The notes below the pieces were generated by a model. That model saw only the letters and a program-made list of their open reading frames with translations, did not search any database and was not told the DNA's origin. Both the position numbers and the translations under genes were made by a program. A stretch of DNA of 63,654 nucleotides, counting the filler, from Pelomyxa schiedti (lineage: Eukaryota; Protista; Evosea), in NCBI GenBank assembly GCA_020536535.1. It is 15 parts of 15 records of this genome, joined end to end, with 100 filler letters (N's around TTAATTAATTAA, not from the genome) between each part and the next. Parts side by side here need not be neighbours in the genome. Positions count along the whole stretch, not along the records: positions 58,302 to 59,536 come from JAHLWZ010002669.1; positions 59,637 to 61,128 come from JAHLWZ010002465.1; positions 61,229 to 63,654 come from JAHLWZ010001993.1; 12 more parts are not named here. One strand, 5' to 3'. Position 1 is the stretch's first letter. Each line of letters starts with the position of its first letter. Below are positions 58,706 through 63,654 of the stretch, one piece after another.

Positions 58706-59636
58706 CGTCTTCTCTTGGGTACTTTTTTTGTGTCTTCTTCTAAAAAAAGGCCTCAGCTCAGCCCAGTTCTCCGGTAATTTTCTCCCAAAACGCCAAACAT
58801 TTCCCGCCACCAAAAAAATAAAGTGACACACAAAAAGAATATAAAATAAAAAAAACCAACCAGGCGGTGGTTTCGCGGTCGCTCGGTGTGCCCGGCGAAC
58901 GGACGTGCTCAAAAAAACCAACTTCTAAGACACAACATTAATTTCCAACCACGCCCCATACAACAACAACCACTTTCCCGATTTTAAATTCCCTATCACT
59001 AAACTAGTACTGTTGGAGAAGATGAATTTCGAGATTGGGGCTCTCTATGTTAATTACAGGTTTTTTTTTGTTATTATTATTATATGGTTGTTACCTGAAG
59101 AAATCATGACAGTTTGTGGGAGACCCTCATCATGTTCAATAGGCTTATTACACTCGAGAGGTGGAAGTGGAAGTGATATGGGATAGACGATTTCCACTCT
59201 TTGCGTAATAGTCTATCCCATATTTGTCTTTCTCTACTTCAACCCTCTTACGGGGATACAACCAACAATGGACCCCCGCACCTATGACACTGTTTAAACG
59301 GTTTAAAACACTTTCGGAATCGCATTCAAAAGCGTTTCAAAACGGATTCAAACCTGGTTTAAACCGTTTTGGAATCCCTTAAGGAAACATGTTCCTAAGA
59401 ATCAGCTATTGGTGCTTCAAATAAAAGGTTTCCAATGAAAAAATGAGGCATAAAGCGTGTTTTTATTTCCAAACAAGAAAACAAAACCAAAGCTGCCAGA
59501 GATGAGCAACACTAGTAGACCAACCAGTAGAACAAANNNNNNNNNNNNNNNNNNNNNNNNNNNNNNNNNNNNNNNNNNNNTTAATTAATTAANNNNNNNN
59601 NNNNNNNNNNNNNNNNNNNNNNNNNNNNNNNNNNNN

Positions 59637-59902
59637 CGCGCGGGGCTGCGCGAGCCGCAGCGTGGGTGCGACGACGCCGCAAGAGCCGCGAACTGGTCCA
59701 CCGCGTTGACTGAGCATGACGCCGCCACTGCTGGAAGCTGCTCCGGCTCTGGCTCCGCGTGACGCACGGACATTTCGCAAAAGGGAAAAACGAGGTGATC
59801 CAGTGGCACCTTGTCATTCTCAATGTGGAGAATCCTTGACTCGGGGCGGTGTCTGTCCCACGTTGTGTGTGTGGGGCCAGTCCTCGTGTGCATCATCATC
59901 AT
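59637..59902 (-). CDS. Lineage-expanded 'A.DQF.AL..HPRCG..SP' family protein (5' part)
   Basis: AVDQFAALAASSHPRCGSRSPA matches ARDQLVALLAS..RCGARSP at 35464-35872. Confidence 0.6.
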
Positions 59903-62749
59903 CTGGTGGCTGATACACGTGGGGGGGTGGGGGGGGGAAAAAAAAAACTGGCTGAACCATTCAAACTAATCTAAAGACGAGGCGATGAGGAAGGGAAACA
60001 CAAGCGGAGCACAAGGCCCCCCATGGTTGGATTTATTCCCCACATGTGTGTGTCTTTTTCTTTTTTTCTTTTTTTTTATCAGTGCTTTGTTGGGTTTGTT
60101 TTAGCACATCATTTGAGTGTAATTCCTGCGGGACGGGGCCCTAAAGATGCACCCGCCAGACCGGTGTCCGCAATAATGGGAAAAGTCTAAAAATAGATAT
60201 CTGCTTCCACCACACAACACCCACACCTCCGTATATTGTGTGTTTTTGCGCGCGGTATTTCCCGTGTTAGAGTCGCAGCAAGGGCTTCTTGTCCGTCAGC
60301 AGGTTCAAGGTGTAGCTGTCCCATAAGTATTGGATTGCCGAGATTTTTGACTTAAAAGGCCGGATTCAGTGAACATTCTCCTGGAGTGCCCTCAAATAAA
60401 AATCAAAACAATGAGCTCTGGTGATACTTCGCTTTGGGTGCGGGTGGCCCAGGTCCGATTCCTGGCGAAGGGGAAATTCAAATCCCCTTCGTGGTTCAGT
60501 GGCAGAATACCTTCGTTTCACCAAGCGCAGCCACTCCGTTTCTTCATTTTTTTTCCCTAGAACCCCATAACAAAGCGATCTGATCATGTGATGTGGTGGG
60601 CCCACCACATGTTTGTTTCTTCTCTTTTTATTATCCTTTCCACTGACGAACACAACGCAGGAGTGGGGCAACAGAAAGAAAAAGTACTTACTTTGCCAAT
60701 TAACAAATCTACACCTGATGGTGTGTGCCCACAAAAGATCCTCAAATGTCCCAAGTGCAACGCTTCTGGGCCGCACTGTGATCTTGAATCTGTGCACTGT
60801 GGGCACACCCACTATGACTGTGTACTATTTGCAATTTGTGTTTGGGATGTATTTCCCCGCAGAGGCAATGCATTTCCGCAGCAGTATGTAGCAATGGCTA
60901 GGACAAACAGACAGCGACCTGTTCGCTCTTCTTTTTCAAAGTGGATAATTTCAGAAGAGTACTGTGGCGATTTATTATACAAATATTTAGATGGCTACAA
61001 CTCCAAGTATCCCTTTGATTGGGAAGATGTTATCCAGTAAACCTTATTCTGTTTTGAAATACAACTTTAAAGTGAAGAGGATTGTTGTGTGGGTGTGGTG
61101 ATGGGTTGCTCTGATGTCTGGGCAGTGGNNNNNNNNNNNNNNNNNNNNNNNNNNNNNNNNNNNNNNNNNNNNTTAATTAATTAANNNNNNNNNNNNNNNN
61201 NNNNNNNNNNNNNNNNNNNNNNNNNNNNGGAGAAGACCAGCTTTGCTGTGTGGTTTCACAAACCCTATTCATTCTGGCATTTCAAATCAGACCACTGCTT
61301 GAGTTAGAAGCAAGCTTTGAGGTTGTAAACATGCCTATTTGCCAAGCATCTATCTTCATCTCAGCAACAAGAGCACTGAGAGCAATCCAGCACTCATGGT
61401 AGGACCACCATAAGCAAAATAGTGAGGGGTGGACAATGCCTCATTTCCAATCATATGTACAAGCTCACAACCCTGCAATGCATAAGTTAAAATCGCACAA
61501 CTGGGATAAGCAAACACACAGCTCAACAGTAATACTTCAAGGCAGACACTGATAAACTTCGCTGAGAGTAGCAACTGGATCATTGGCAACACCAAGGCAT
61601 TGGCCTCAAAAAGGAATACCAAGGAATAGGCAGAACCTGATTCAGCAGAACACAAGTAGAATTACCAAAGTTGAGGTACCCAGTCTCAGTATACTGCCGT
61701 AAGAAGCCAAAGACCAAAGTTGGAGTGGTAGTAGTGGCATCCTGTAGGAAGGCACAGTTCAGAGCAGTAGAAATACTTTTTCAGGGAGTTTTTTGCCATC
61801 CAAGCTTGGGGCCTAGCACTGGATCAACATTCCAAATTAGGGAAACAAACAGAAATACAAACCTGGGAAGATCATAGTGGTGCCTCACACATTGTCTCAT
61901 TACCTGATACCAAACTACCTGCTAATCGAGAATGAGCCAACACATAGTGACATGCTAGATAGTGCAATTCCGATGCAGATGTGCGGAACATAATTCAACT
62001 CATGTAAGGCAGTGAGATTAATTCCGTAGACAAGAAAGGGGGTGGGAGGAAGAGGAAAGCAAGCACAAATTTCAGAACCATGCAAACAAACTTCAAAGGG
62101 TAACTATTGGAGGTTAGAACAACAATGTTCCACAAGGAGAACTACCTGAGTACTGGAGAGCCGTGCAGACAGCTATTATATCCATCAATCAAGGCACAAG
62201 CAAGCTGTCTGTGGGTAGATACTAGTATGAGTATGAGCCTGAGGCGGAAACAAGCAAGCGTTAACCTCCTCATGATTAGTAGTTTTCAATATTGAATCAA
62301 GGGCTTACCTGCAATGGGACAAATTCAGACAGACAAACAAGTTTTTCACTTTCAGGCAGGAATGCAGTCAATCTTCTTGATGCCTGACACAGACAAATAC
62401 CAACGCCATGCTGAGAGAGTCCCAGCAGGAGAAACAGACAGCATACCATAACCAAGCCAATGTGGACATGTAGTCGTTTTTCTGTAACACCAGTTCTGGC
62501 AAGGGAGTAAGGAAACTTTGTGGAGGCAATGAAGGAGTAAAACCTGACTTGCATTTGAGGAAGTGGGTATTGAGGGGTCAGGAGGAAGCGGGAACACCTC
62601 CCAGGAATAAGATACGCAATGGAAAATGTGTAAACCCAGCTGAGGAACCACACCAGCAACTGGCAAGAGCAGTCTGACAGACCTGCAGTCAGTGTGTTAT
62701 TCCGGATTAGTGTGGAAATAGTGAGGATTATACATACAATGCTAAGCAA

Positions 62750-63654
62750 GTGTTATTGCATCCACAGAAATTCTACAAGCCTGGGAAAGACCAGAACTGA
62801 TTCTCTCAGCTGAACCCAAGGGAAGTTGCACTTCTGCTGGACTTCCACTTCCTTCAAACCCATATGAGCAATAATAACACAGTCCCAGTGATCTGCACTA
62901 TGTGAGGAATCATCTATGGCAAGTGAAACCATACACAGGCCAAAGTGCAGACCATTTAGTTAAGCTTCCCAACACCCTGAACGAATTGGCAAGCCATCTT
63001 CAAGTCACTTCTCCATCAGTCTCTTACATCCAGTAAGAGTTGATTCCTATTCGATGAAGTCAGACACAAGAATATCAACAATACAACAATATATTTGGAA
63101 AGCAAGAGATTACCTAACCTGGCTGTGATGATACCAGCATGGAGGGTCAGACAACACTATCAGTGGTGAACAATGAGTACAGATACATAATATATTGCTA
63201 GACCCGTATATCTGTGCAGCCAGGAGGGGATTACAAAAAAGTGCATGCATACCAACATAAATACTTGCAGCCAGTGCTGTATGCATATCATTGCAGTATT
63301 TATCCAGGAACTGGATAATGATCAGCTTAGAGCTGCCAGTCTTGAAGTGCATAAGAGAGACTGGAACCACAGCTTGAGAGAGGCTATCAACTGGGAAAAA
63401 GAAAGGTTGCACCAGCAGCAAGCAGAAAACATTGAGGGAAAGCTCAATTGATATTGGGTGTATGCATCATTGACAAAGAAGCACACAAATTCGCTGCTAA
63501 GTGGCATGGCCATTCAGGGGAATTGAAAAGATAGATGAGAACTTGTACCAATTGGAGAACAAAAGAGGATTCCTCTAACACAGATGGTACATATTAGCCA
63601 ACTTAAATCCTAAAGTCAGCTATGAAGAGCCAATTCCAACAGAGGATCCTGAAG
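62750..63654 (+). mobile_element. Degenerate Ty3/Gypsy remnant (integrase C-terminal GPY/F region)
   Basis: Across frameshifts at about 63480-63610: HKFAAKWHG(P)F..IDENLYQLE..QMVHISQLK, the GPY/F module pattern. Many stops are present and the 5' limit is a guess. Confidence 0.5.

Noticed and set aside
60369-61040. Cys-rich small ORF (CPKC..HC..HC)
   Set aside because: It may be an exon of a zinc-binding protein, but I could not build a consistent gene model or assign a family.

Overview
This window is not one locus. It is about 15 short eukaryotic contigs or scaffolds joined by artificial N44-TTAATTAATTAA-N44 linkers, with five further 100-N scaffold gaps. The genome is compact, with 40-60 nt GT-AG introns and expanded ankyrin-like, SEL1-kinase and 'ARDQ..RCGARSP..VSxTLGVV' families. 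This suggests a free-living archamoeba such as Pelomyxa (inference; no search was run). Recognisable genes: three paralogous MG-initiated GBP/atlastin-like P-loop NTPases with C-terminal glycine zippers, MYND-CS(NudC), TBC1D20-like RabGAP, an elongated MDR zinc dehydrogenase, an SRA/YDG protein, a PX-helical protein, a DHHC palmitoyltransferase, RAD51C, an STE20/MST kinase, a MORN pseudogene, Ty3/Gypsy gag-protease and integrase remnants, an alpha/beta hydrolase, a SEL1-kinase, a symplekin-like gene, seipin, a RING protein and a Ras with Q61E. The stand-out is an intact, intronless 599-aa ORF (45364-47163, minus strand). It carries the ordered catalytic and zinc-binding motifs of the RAG1/Transib DDE recombinase core. 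Other notable non-coding structures are a 590-bp variant pentamer array, a 100-bp-arm inverted repeat, a pre-miRNA-like hairpin and 11-bp-phased A-tracts. Boundaries of spliced genes were inferred by eye and are approximate.
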